Of a DNA stretch of 64,000 nucleotides, positions 1-9,982 are shown piece by piece. A program made the translations under genes and the position numbers. Each line of letters begins with the position of its first letter. Position 1 is the first letter of the stretch. The notes under the pieces were generated by a model that was not told the origin of the DNA, did not search any database, and saw only the letters and a program-made list of their open reading frames with translations. The stretch is from Alphaproteobacteria bacterium. GTDB taxonomy: Bacteria > Pseudomonadota > Alphaproteobacteria > JAAXGF01. Location of the stretch: NCBI GenBank assembly GCA_963555825.3, contig CAUVXB020000002.1, positions 992,001 to 1,056,000 on the forward strand. Direction: 5' to 3'.

Positions 1-298
1 CGGCTGCGTGCTCGACGACCCGGTGACCGACTGGCGCGATCTCGACCTCGCGGCGGTCGAGGCCTGGACGCTGATCGACGGCGTCGAGACCGGCCGCGGC
101 CGGGGCGCCGACGTCATGGGCCATCCCTTGGCCGCGCTCGCCTGGTTGGCCAACGATCTGGCCGGGCGTGGCCGAGGCCTCAAACGCGGCGAGTTCGTGC
201 TGACCGGCAGCATGGTCGCCGCCGAGTATCCCGAGCCGGGCCAGACCGCCGAGGTCGTCGTCGACGGCCTGGGCACCGCCCGCGCGCGTTTCGTCTGA
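1..298 (+). CDS. 2-keto-4-pentenoate hydratase / FAA-hydrolase family protein, C-terminal part (cut by window edge)
   Basis: [17 protein letters not shown] and GEFVLTGS motifs; paralogue of 44275..45060. Confidence 0.85.
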   Translation, partial: GCVLDDPVTDWRDLDLAAVEAWTLIDGVETGRGRGADVMGHPLAALAWLANDLAGRGRGLKRGEFVLTGSMVAAEYPEPGQTAEVVVDGLGTARARFV

Positions 299-314
299 GG
301 CGGCCCGCCGCGCC

Positions 315-1040
<726 letters not shown>

Positions 1041-1043
1041 CGC

Positions 1044-2219
1044 GTGTTCGATCGCATCTGGGTCGTCTTCGCCAAGGAGACCATCGACAACCTGCGCGAC
1101 TGGCGCAGCGTGTCGGGCGCGATGATCTATCCGTTCATCGGTCCGATACTGGTCGGCATCCTGATCGGCGTCGTCGGCAAGGCGATCGTCGAGCTGCCGA
1201 AGTCGACCTTCCAGCTGCCGATCGTCGGCGCCGAGCGCGCCCCCGGGCTGATCGACTATCTGCATGAACGCGGCGTCGAGGTGGTCGCGGCACCTGCCGA
1301 CCCGAAGGCCGCGGTGCGCAGCGCCGAACACGACACCGTGGTTGTCGTGCCCGAAGCCTACGCCGCCGACTTCGCCGCCGAACGCCCGGCCGAGATCGTC
1401 ATCGTATCCGACGGCTCGAGGCTCTCGGCGGTGCTCGCCATGAGCCGCGCGCTCGTGCTGTTGCGTGCCTACGGCGCCGAGGCCGGCGCGGCGCGGCTGC
1501 GCGCGCGCGGCGTCGATCCCGTGATCGTCGACGCCATCGAGGTGCGCAACGTCAACGTCGCGGTCGGTCGCAGTCTGTCCGGCTTCTTCCTCAACATGAT
1601 GCCGCCGCTGATTATTTTCACGGTCTTCGTCGGCGGCATGTATCTGGCGATCGACGCGACCTCGGGCGAGCGCGAGCGCGGCTCGCTCGAGCCGCTCTTG
1701 ACCAACCCGATCGCGCGCTGGGAATTGATGGCCGGCAAGGTTGGCGCGGCGCTCCTGTTCACCGGCGCCGCGGTCGCCGTGCAGCTCTCCGCCTTCATGG
1801 TGATGTTCGAATTCCTGATCGGCGAGACGATCGAGATCCAGGAGACGCCGGGCGTCCTGGTCTATCTGGGCATCTTCGTGCTCGCCCTGCCGCTGATGCT
1901 GTTCGCCGTCGCGCTGCAGTCGGTGATCGCGGCGGTGACGCGCAGCTTCAAGGAGATGCAGACCTATCTCGCGCTGCTTCCCCTGGTGCCGTCGGTGCCT
2001 GGCCTGGTGTTCGTCTTCGTCGCGGTCAAGGCGCACGCCTGGATGATGACCATCCCGACGCTGAGCCAGACCGTGTTGATCGGCCAGGTCATGCGCGGCG
2101 AGCCGCTGAGCGCGCTGAACGTGGCGATCGCCAGCGTCGTCACCACGGCCTGCGCGCTTGGCCTGCTGGCCATCGCCGTCCGCCTCTACCGCCGCGAGGC
2201 GCTGCTGTTGGGGGGGTAG
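1044..2219 (+). CDS. ABC-2 type permease (NatB-like)
   Basis: KE..D..RD N-terminus, [12 protein letters not shown] motif, several TM segments, adjacent to the ATPase. Confidence 0.88.
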   Translation: MFDRIWVVFAKETIDNLRDWRSVSGAMIYPFIGPILVGILIGVVGKAIVELPKSTFQLPIVGAERAPGLIDYLHERGVEVVAAPADPKAAVRSAEHDTVVVVPEAYAADFAAERPAEIVIVSDGSRLSAVLAMSRALVLLRAYGAEAGAARLRARGVDPVIVDAIEVRNVNVAVGRSLSGFFLNMMPPLIIFTVFVGGMYLAIDATSGERERGSLEPLLTNPIARWELMAGKVGAALLFTGAAVAVQLSAFMVMFEFLIGETIEIQETPGVLVYLGIFVLALPLMLFAVALQSVIAAVTRSFKEMQTYLALLPLVPSVPGLVFVFVAVKAHAWMMTIPTLSQTVLIGQVMRGEPLSALNVAIASVVTTACALGLLAIAVRLYRREALLLGG

Positions 2220-2279
2220 GGTCGAGCGTCGAAGGGGTTTGCCTCGGCGCGGGCGATGCAGTAGCGTCGCGCCGACGCC

Positions 2280-2356
<77 letters not shown>

Positions 2357-2583
2357 TATTTTCAACGAGTTGGCAGAGAGAAACCAGTTCAAAATTGTGC
2401 CTCGAAAGCATGGCGGAAGCATATCGTGGAAATGTTGTTTATGATTAGGTGGAGAAAGGAATAGAAAGACGTCCCATGGCCAAGGAAATCAAGACGTTGC
2501 ATATCGACCACTTGCGGATAAACCCGCACAATTACCGCCATGACAATGTTGCCGACGAGGCCACCGCGATTGCGACCTTGTTA

Positions 2584-3744
2584 TACCAACGGCGCAAAAT
2601 TCTGACTCGCAAGGGATTCCCTTTTTGGGCTGGATGTGATTCAAGGCTGGCGAAGGAGATTCGCCATGTCAGTATGCATTGCTCTTCGGGACGACTACGA
2701 CAGCATTGAGCTCCGGTGTTTGGCCAAGCACAGTCGCGATCCCCGCCAAGTTCGCCGGCTTTTGGCCTTGGCGGCGGTTTACGACGGCATGAGCCGAGCG
2801 GAAGCCGCTAAGGTCGGCGGCATGGATCGCCAGACGCTGAGAGACTGGGCGCACCGCTTCAACGATGAAGGGGCAGACGGCTTGAAGAACCGTCCCGGTG
2901 CGGGCCGCCCCCGGCTCTTGACCGACGAGCAGATGGGCGAACTGTCGGTGATCGTCGAAACGGGCCCCGATCCAGAGATTGACGGTGTGGTTCGCTGGCG
3001 GCGGGTTGACCTGAAACGGGTGATCGAAGAACGCTTTGGCGTGATCTATAGCGAGCGGGCGATCTCCGACCTTCTCGTCGCGCTGTCCTTCTCCCACATC
3101 AGCGCCCGGCCGCAGCACCCCAAGCAGGACCAGCGGGTGATCGAGGCGTTCAAAAAAACTTCCCCCGCACGCTCGCTGCCCACCTAGCCGGTCTGCCCAA
3201 GACCAAGCGGGTCGAGATCTGGTTCCAAGACGAGGCCAGGCTGGGACAGAAGAACGGGCGTGTGCGCATTTGGGCGAAGAAGGGAACAAGGCCACGCCTG
3301 CCCGCCGATCAGCGCTACACGAACGCCTACCTCTTTGGCGCAATCTGTCCCATGGGAGCCAAGGGTGCCGCTCTCATGCTCCCCTTCGCCAACACAGCCG
3401 CCATGCAGATGCATCTCGACGAGATCAGCTGCAACGTCGCCGCCAAGGCCCATGGCGTCGTCCTGATGGACCGCGCCGGGTGGCACAGCACCGACCAGCT
3501 CAAGGTCCCCAAGAACCTCACCATCATCCTGCTGCCATCGCGCTCGCCCGAGCTGAACCCGGTCGAGAACATCTGGCAATACCTCCGCCAGAATTGGCTC
3601 TCTAACCGCGTCTTCGAAGATTACGACGCCATCATCGAGGCCGGTTGCCAAGCCTGGAACAAACTAATCGACCAGCCCGAGACGATCATGTCCATCGGAA
3701 TGAGAGATTGGGCGATTTCAGGTCAATAATTAGTGCCGTTGGTA
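2584..3744 (+). mobile_element. IS630-family insertion sequence
   Basis: Terminal IRs taccaacggcgc / gtgccgttggta, flanked by TTA on both sides (2581-2583, 3745-3747). Confidence 0.92.
2666..3729 (+). CDS. IS630 transposase expressed through a -1 frameshift
   Basis: HTH ORF 2666..3187, A7C slippery run 3152-3159, then WFQDEAR...MDRAGWH...SPELNPVE DDE domain. Confidence 0.88.
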
Positions 3745-4972
3745 TTAGACACCCTTCCCTTTAGAATGAAGAATCTCGCCAAGGATATCGCTAAAACCGG
3801 TGAACTGTTCGTGTTACCTATGGTGGGATCGAAAGAGAACGGCACCCACATCGTTTTTGACGGCAACCGCCGAGTGACATGTCTCAAGTTGCTAAATAAA
3901 CCTCATCATGCCCCGACAGAGGAATGGCAAGAGTTCTTCTCGAAAACGGCCAAGGGCTCGGAAGTTCCCCTTCCCCTGAAAATTGACTGTCAAATCGCAA
4001 CGGACCAGGACTGGATCGATAACTACCTCTATCGAATTCATACTGGCAGCCAAGACGGTGTTGGACAAATTAACTGGGGTAACCCGTCGAAAGCGCGTTT
4101 CGTGGAAAGAACGGGGAAATCAACCAAACTCAACCTGCCGGGCATAATCGAAGAAAAACTTCGATCCGGGGAACTTATCGATGAAAATCTGAAATTCAAG
4201 CACACCAACCTGGAGCGACTTCTATCCTCGGAGGAATTTCGTTCCCGTGTCGGTATCTCATTGAGAACCAGGGAGATCGTGTTTATCCGAGATGTGGAAA
4301 AATCGTTGGCCGCCTTGGTTCGCGTCGTCGAGGACCTTGCGGCCGGCACGCTCAACTTGAACCACTTGTTGGTCAACAAAAAGAAACGGAAATACCTGAA
4401 CGACCTTGAGAAGGAGGGTGTTCTGCCAACGGCTCACGATGAACTTGAGAACACCATAGTTTCAAGACGGGGGAGATAATACCTGCCCCAGAATACAAGC
4501 CGCCTCCAACTCCGAGGCCGAAACCGAAAGAACGAAAATCCCTAATTCGCGTGGAGGATGGTGTCAACCTCACATCACAGGCTCATACCAAAAGAGCCAT
4601 GGATATTTGGGGAGAACTTCAGCACTACCTCGAATTCGGAAAACACGACAATGCCATCGCCGTGCTGTTTCGGGTGTGTCTAGAATTCGCGGCGGAGAAC
4701 TACATCACCCGCCAATCGGTCTCTGGCGTTCACAACAACGACAAATTGGCAATGAAGTTTCGCAAAGCCTTGGATCATATGCTGGCGGCAAGGATGATTG
4801 AGAAGAAGTATCACGAGGGGTTGAAGAAATTTGAGAACACAGAGCCGATTCTGTCCGCCAACACGATGAACACGTATGTTCATCACAAAGATTTTTTCCC
4901 TTCAGACCATCATCTCAAGTCAATGTGGGATACCCTTTCAAATTTCATCGTGATCTGTTTGAAGGCATAAAC

Positions 4973-5771
4973 ATGGTAATGAACCAACATTTTGAGGCTC
5001 GGTACTTTGTTGAATCTGACAACCACGAGTTCATTGGGCGGGTCTATGATCTTGGAGGCATGAAGGGCTTTCATTCAACAGTTATGACGAAATAGCGATA
5101 TTACCAGACTGCCTCTACGCTTTCGAAGTTGATGGATGGCTTTCTTCGTTAACCCGCCGTTTTGAATCATTGAATCTTGTCGGTGACATGCTATGGCCAG
5201 AGTGTTCCCTGGAGGTTTTCAAAGATTTTCCAGTATCAAAGTACGAATGGTGTAATGTCATTACCGACGTTTTTTGGTGAGGTTCGTTTCTGTAACTGAC
5301 TGCTGCCTACTGCTTTCAAATGCAGTGCTTGAATGTGGGCTTGACGTAAAAAATTCGACCCTCGGTAACCTACGAAAATTGACCGACAATCTGGCTATTG
5401 TGGGTTCTCTCGGACGAATTCAGCCCATACAGAGAGACCATCGGGTTGAACGAAATAAGAGATTTCACGGGGGTGTAGAAAGGGAATTCACCGATGATGA
5501 TCATACGTTCAAATCAGTCTCCATTTTTGAATTCCGTGGAACTGATCTAACGGGGACTGATAAGCACGGGCGAGAAATCGATTTTGCGAAATTCTTCCGG
5601 AACGCTATTGATGTGATGCGATCAGACTTCAATAAGAGTTGTCGGTTACTAAGCGAAGGGCTTTGCATACTTTATGATGAACTTGGAGATGAGTTCAAAC
5701 AACGATTCAGCCACAAAATGGCAAGCCACGGCAGGGATCATCCGATCTATGGATCGCAAAGAGAGTCCTGA
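4973..5771 (+). pseudogene. HEPN-domain protein (Cthe_2314-like) with two frameshifts
   Basis: ATG 4973; frame changes near 5050-5090 and at the T6 run 5270-5275; rebuilt sequence YEWCNVITDVF(L)VRFVSVTDC...ERNKRFHGG contains RxxxxH. Confidence 0.55.
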
Positions 5772-5927
5772 ACATCGCTAAACGCCCACTGTTCTTCTTG
5801 CAAGGTTATTTCTTCGGCATGGAATTCTGTCTGCTCCGAAACATGAGCAAGGGGCGGGGCATTAGTGAGGTGGTCCCACTTTGTTGGACAGTTTGGCAGC
5901 GCGGTTAAGGTGTATTCCGTTGTTTGA

Positions 5928-6857
5928 TCATGCTGCCAAAATCCTTTTTATCACATCCTGTTGCTGTTGTTGAGCCTGTGGGGATGTGGGCAAGGCGCGA
6001 GCCTTGTCCATCATATCCACAGGTTGACCGGCCCCGTAGGCCTCGGCCGGCGTTTGACCGTCGAGGGACGAATGGGGCCGCTCGGTGTTGTAGAAGCCGA
6101 TCCACTCGCCGATGACCCGTTCGGCGTGGAAGCCGTCGGTGAGCTCGTGTAGGTAGACCGCCTCATACTTGAGAGACCGCCACAGGCGCTCGATGAAGAT
6201 GTTGTCCATGCAGCGGCCCCGACCGTCCATGGAGATGCGGATGCTCGCGTTCTTGAGCACGCCGGTGAAGTCGAGGCTGGTGAACTGGCTGCCCTGATCC
6301 GTATTGAATATCTCCGGCTGGCCGTAGCGGGCCAGCGCGTCGCCCAAGGCCTCGGCGCAGAATCCAGCGTCCATGGTGTTCGACAGCCGCCAGGATAAAA
6401 CGTGGCGCGTCGCCCAGTCCATGATCGCTACCAGGTACAGAAAGCCACGCTGGACGGGGATATAGGTGATGTCGGCGCACCAGACCCGATTGGGCTGGTC
6501 GATAGCCATCCCTTTGAGAAGATAAGGATAAATCCGGTGCATGGGATGCGGCACGCTGGTTCTCGGCGCCTGATAGATCGCCTCCAGGCCTATCAATCGC
6601 ATCAACCTGCGAACCCGGTGACGGCCGACGCAAACGCCGTCCCGCCGCAACTGGCGGACCATCTGGCGGCTGCCGTAGAACGGGTACTTCATGAACAACT
6701 CGTCGATCCGACGCATCAGCGCCAGACTCGAAGGGCTCTCCCCCCTGGGCGCATAATAGAACGAGGACCGGCCGATCGAAAGCAGGCGGCATTGACGGCT
6801 CAAGCTCAGCTCGGGGGCGTCGCGTGTGATCATCGCCTTGCGCTCCCCCCGGCTCAT
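5928..6857 (-). CDS. IS3 transposase OrfB (DDE)
   Basis: WCADITY, FNTDQGSQF, DNIFIERLWRSLKYE, YNTERPHSSL. Confidence 0.95.
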   Translation of the reverse strand: MSRGERKAMITRDAPELSLSRQCRLLSIGRSSFYYAPRGESPSSLALMRRIDELFMKYPFYGSRQMVRQLRRDGVCVGRHRVRRLMRLIGLEAIYQAPRTSVPHPMHRIYPYLLKGMAIDQPNRVWCADITYIPVQRGFLYLVAIMDWATRHVLSWRLSNTMDAGFCAEALGDALARYGQPEIFNTDQGSQFTSLDFTGVLKNASIRISMDGRGRCMDNIFIERLWRSLKYEAVYLHELTDGFHAERVIGEWIGFYNTERPHSSLDGQTPAEAYGAGQPVDMMDKARALPTSPQAQQQQQDVIKRILAA

Positions 6858-7135
6858 CGCTTGAGCCCTCTGGCTAAAAAATCCCGTTCCACCGTCAGCT
6901 CGCCGATCTTGGCGTGAAGGTCGCGGACCTCGGATTCATGATCCCGGCAAGCGCGGTTGGCGCCGTTCGAAAACACTTCGCCCAGACCGTCCACCGCCTG
7001 GCGCTTCCAGGCGCTCACCTGGTTCGGATGCACCTTGTGCTTGGCCGCGATCTGCTGGATCGTCTTGTCGCCCCGCAGCGCTTCCAGCGCCACCCGGGCC
7101 TTGAATTCCGCCGTAAACCGGCGTCGATTCGTCAT
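6854..7135 (-). CDS. IS3 transposase OrfA (HTH)
   Basis: RRRFTAEFKARVALEA...HPNQVSAWK; overlaps OrfB. Confidence 0.93.
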   Translation of the reverse strand: MTNRRRFTAEFKARVALEALRGDKTIQQIAAKHKVHPNQVSAWKRQAVDGLGEVFSNGANRACRDHESEVRDLHAKIGELTVERDFLARGLKR

Positions 7136-7370
7136 CTCGTATTCCTCCGTTATCCGGTGGAATACACCTTAGCTCCCTGTCCGATTTTCTGGGACCACCT
7201 CATTAGTGTCTTCGAGGCCGAGAACTTCCACCCCGAATCTATCCTGTGGACCGTTGAGGGTGAACTCCAGTCCATCAGCTTCATCGATCCCCAAGGGCAT
7301 CCGGTACGGAAAGGGTCTGAGCGACCCCAAGATTGAGTTTCGCAATACCATTAAGGAAATATAACGCCGC

Positions 7371-7763
7371 ATGCGGGAGCAAGGATCGGACCTCATCGAC
7401 TTCAACCCACCGGGCCGCAAGCGCACGAGCAAGGGGCGGCCCATCATCCCTATCCCGGTCGGCTTGCGTTGGTTCCTTGAACGCGCCAGCCTTCGCGGTG
7501 GCGAATTGGGCTATGTGATCAATCGCGATGGCGAACGGATCGCCGACATCAAACGGGCGTTCGCTTCGGCTTGCAAGACAGCCGGGCTAGGCGATGTAAG
7601 GCCGCACACCCTGCGCCATACGGCGGGTACCTGGATTGCCCAACGCGGCGTTCCCATGTGGGAGACCGCCGGCTATCTCGGGCACAGCCACGAGCGCACG
7701 GCCGAGCTTTACAACCACCATCATCCGGACCACTTGAGCCGTACGCGGGATGCGCTTGATTGA
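7371..7763 (+). pseudogene. Tyrosine recombinase / integrase, C-terminal fragment
   Basis: HTLRHT, YLGHS and catalytic Y (ELYNH); N-terminal half and first catalytic Arg absent. Confidence 0.85.
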
Positions 7764-7866
7764 TGTCCGCGTTATGTCCGTTCTACGTGCCGATACCGGT
7801 GCAAACGCCGTCATTTACGTAGGAAACACGCCGGGAACAGCGGCGGTCATCTCGGACGGGCGTCAT

Positions 7867-7912
7867 CCTCCGAAGGCAGAGGTCACAGGTTCTAATCCTG
7901 TCGGGTGCGCCA
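7867..7912 (+). repeat. attR: duplicate of the 3' 46 nt of tRNA-Arg(CCG)
   Basis: cctccgaaggcagaggtcacaggttctaatcctgtcgggtgcgcca versus 2311-2356, one G>T change. Confidence 0.93.
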
Positions 7913-8202
7913 GTTCTGTTGCGCCGCGGCCGTCCGAGGAGGCCGGCTCGTCGGGCGGCGATGCCACCTTCCCGCCCGGGGGCAATTAGGGGCAGCCTTT
8001 TCGGCCCCAGACAAACACGCAGCCACCGCACCGGGATTGGCGCCAAGCGGGATCGCGTCGACGTTCGGCTGGGGGGTGTCAGGCGTCGTTGTCCTATGGC
8101 GTCCGCCGTCGCTTTGAGGCGGCGATACGGCGAAGCGCTCTGCGGTCGCCGCTGTCATCTCATAGGTGCGCCCGTCGCATTGCTCGCGGGCGCGCCAGGT
8201 CG

Positions 8203-8349
8203 TTACTCGCCTCCCGGCTCCTGGTCAGCCTTTTCTTGTTTCTTCTTGTCCGCTTTCTCCTTCTTCGCCTCGAGGCGCGCCGCCTTCTTCGCCGCTTTCG
8301 CCCGTTCACGCTCCAGGCGTTCGAACTTGTAGTTGTGCGTGCGCGCCAT
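8203..8349 (-). CDS. Small Lys/Ala/Glu-rich protein (48 aa) downstream of the cold-shock gene
   Basis: MARTHNYKFERLERERAKAAKK...; GGTGGA SD-like sequence upstream; co-oriented with cspA. Confidence 0.65.
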   Translation of the reverse strand: MARTHNYKFERLERERAKAAKKAARLEAKKEKADKKKQEKADQEPGGE

Positions 8350-8377
8350 GATCGTCAGTCCACCCGGTATTAACGCG

Positions 8378-8587
8378 TCAGTCGAGGGCGACGAGGTTCT
8401 CGGCCGATGACTTGCCGTCGCGGCCCGGCACCAGCTCGTACTGAACCTTCTGGCCCTCACGCAGGCCGTTCAGGCCGGCGCGTTCAACCGCCGAGATATG
8501 CACGAAAGCGTCCCGGCCGCCGTCGTCCGGCTGCACGAAGCCATAGCCCTTGACGGTGTTGAACCATTTCACAGTTCCAGTCGTCAT
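8378..8587 (-). CDS. cspA: Cold-shock protein
   Basis: GTVKWFN, KGYGF (RNP1), FVHISAV (RNP2), 69 aa. Confidence 0.95.
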   Translation of the reverse strand: MTTGTVKWFNTVKGYGFVQPDDGGRDAFVHISAVERAGLNGLREGQKVQYELVPGRDGKSSAENLVALD

Positions 8588-8826
8588 TTCTTCCAGTCCT
8601 TTCAAAACGATCGTTACGACACGGACCATCCGGCACCGCGTCGCGGAGTCACGAGGTTGCACAATGTCTCAGGGTAACTCGATTGGCGCGGCTGCGCCGG
8701 GGAGTGTCCGCCGTGGTCGTGTGTAACCCGCGCCCCCTAACTGGCGCGTAGAGCGCCGATGTGCAAGTAAAATAAACAGATAGGGGGATTCAATTTTGCG
8801 TGCGCAGAGGCCGATCGCGGCCCGTT

Positions 8827-9585
8827 TCAGTGCCCCGCCGTCGAGCCGCCGTCGATCTGGAAGGCCGCCCCGGTAACGAAGCGCGCGTCGTCCGAGGCCA
8901 GATAGACGATCGCCGTGGCGATCTCGCCGGCCGTCGCGATGCGCTTCAACGGCGCATAATCGATGACGGCTTGCTCGGCGGCCGCCACGTCTTCGGCCCG
9001 CTCGATGCCGTCGCGCCGCACCATGTCGGTGTCGACGTAGCCCGGGCAGACGCAGTTGACGCGCACCTCGGGCGCCAGCTCGAGCGCCAGCGCGCGGGTC
9101 ATGTTGACGACGCCGCCCTTCGACGCGCAATAGACGGTCAGGCCCAATTCGCCGATCAGGCCGGCATCTGACGCCAGATTGACGATGTTGCCCTTGGCCT
9201 CGCGCAGCGCCGCCAACGCGGCACGGATACAGAAGAACGTGCCCTTCAGGTTGACGTCGAGCGTCTCGTCCCAGGCCGCCTCGTCGAAGTCCTCGATCGG
9301 CCCGGTCCTGCCGACCCCGGCGCTATTGACCAGCACGTCGAGCCCGCGCAAGCCCGCGAGCGCTGCGCCGACGATGGCCTCGCAGCCGGCCGCCGTGGCG
9401 ACGTCGCCGGGCGCCGCGACCAGCCGGTCGCCACCGCCCAGGGCGGCGATCGTCGCCGCGGCCGACGGACCCGTGCGGCCGTTGATCGCGACCCGCGCGC
9501 CGCGCTCGTGAAACGCCACGGCCGCCGCCCGGCCGATGCCGCGACTGCCGCCCGTCACCAAGACCCGTTTGTCCGTCCAGTCCAT
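8827..9585 (-). CDS. Short-chain dehydrogenase/reductase
   Basis: TGGSRGIG, VNSAG, YCASK, IDGG. Confidence 0.95.
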   Translation of the reverse strand: MDWTDKRVLVTGGSRGIGRAAAVAFHERGARVAINGRTGPSAAATIAALGGGDRLVAAPGDVATAAGCEAIVGAALAGLRGLDVLVNSAGVGRTGPIEDFDEAAWDETLDVNLKGTFFCIRAALAALREAKGNIVNLASDAGLIGELGLTVYCASKGGVVNMTRALALELAPEVRVNCVCPGYVDTDMVRRDGIERAEDVAAAEQAVIDYAPLKRIATAGEIATAIVYLASDDARFVTGAAFQIDGGSTAGH

Positions 9586-9623
9586 GGGCGCCTCGCGCCG
9601 CTTCTCGTTGCCGGCCGATCTTA

Positions 9624-9883
9624 TACCAAGGATCAGTGGTAAAGGCCCATAGAGACGGCTTGCCGTGGTTTTCGGCTAGGCGCGCCCGTTGCGGCGATGC
9701 CTTGGCATCGCAAGACGGGCGCAACGACGTCCGAAAGCCTCGGCAAGCCGCCTGCGGTCGTGTCCGCTTACCCCCGGAGTGCGTCAGGAAGCCTAACCGA
9801 TGCGCTGCATCGCTCACGGCTCCCTTCCTACCCGGGAATAAGCGGACACGATCTCTATGGGTCTTTACCACTGATCCTTGGTA
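9624..9883. repeat. MITE-like palindromic element (ERIC/RPE-like architecture)
   Basis: 33-bp terminal IR (9623-9655 / 9852-9884, one mismatch), internal stems gcgcccgt/acgggcgc and tcgtgtccgctta/taagcggacacga, no transposase. Confidence 0.85.
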
Positions 9884-9982
9884 TTGGGCCGTCGCGCGGC
9901 CAATCGAAAGCTTGGAAGCGGGCGCGCGCCGGGCCTATGATCACGCCGACAACCCGAACGTATCAGCCAGCCGAGGGCCGCC

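Larger units (their letters stand above)
2476..4970 (+). pseudogene. ParB/Srx-like N-terminal domain protein with probable HEPN-like C-terminal domain; split by IS630 and one frameshift
   Basis: Removing IS 2584-3744 plus one TTA joins ...IATLL to DTLPFRMKN... in frame; VFDGNRRVTCLKLL motif; -1 shift near 4455-4470 continues as SFKTGEIIPAPEYKPPPTPRPKPKERKSLIRVEDG into ORF 4551..4970 (LFRVCLE...MNTYVHH). Confidence 0.7.
5866..7202 (-). mobile_element. IS3-family insertion sequence
   Basis: TG...CA ends, IRs tgaggtggtccca / tgggaccacctca, 4-bp target duplication TTAG (5862-5865, 7203-7206). Confidence 0.95.

Noticed and set aside
5819-7336. Short ORF (MEFCLLRNMSKGRGISVFEAENF...) interrupted by IS3
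   Set aside because: The frame does rejoin after removing the IS, but it is under 60 aa with no recognisable motif, so it is not called as a gene.
7867-7912. Second tRNA-Arg gene
   Set aside because: Only the 3' 46 nt are present, with a T-loop mutation; it is an att duplicate.
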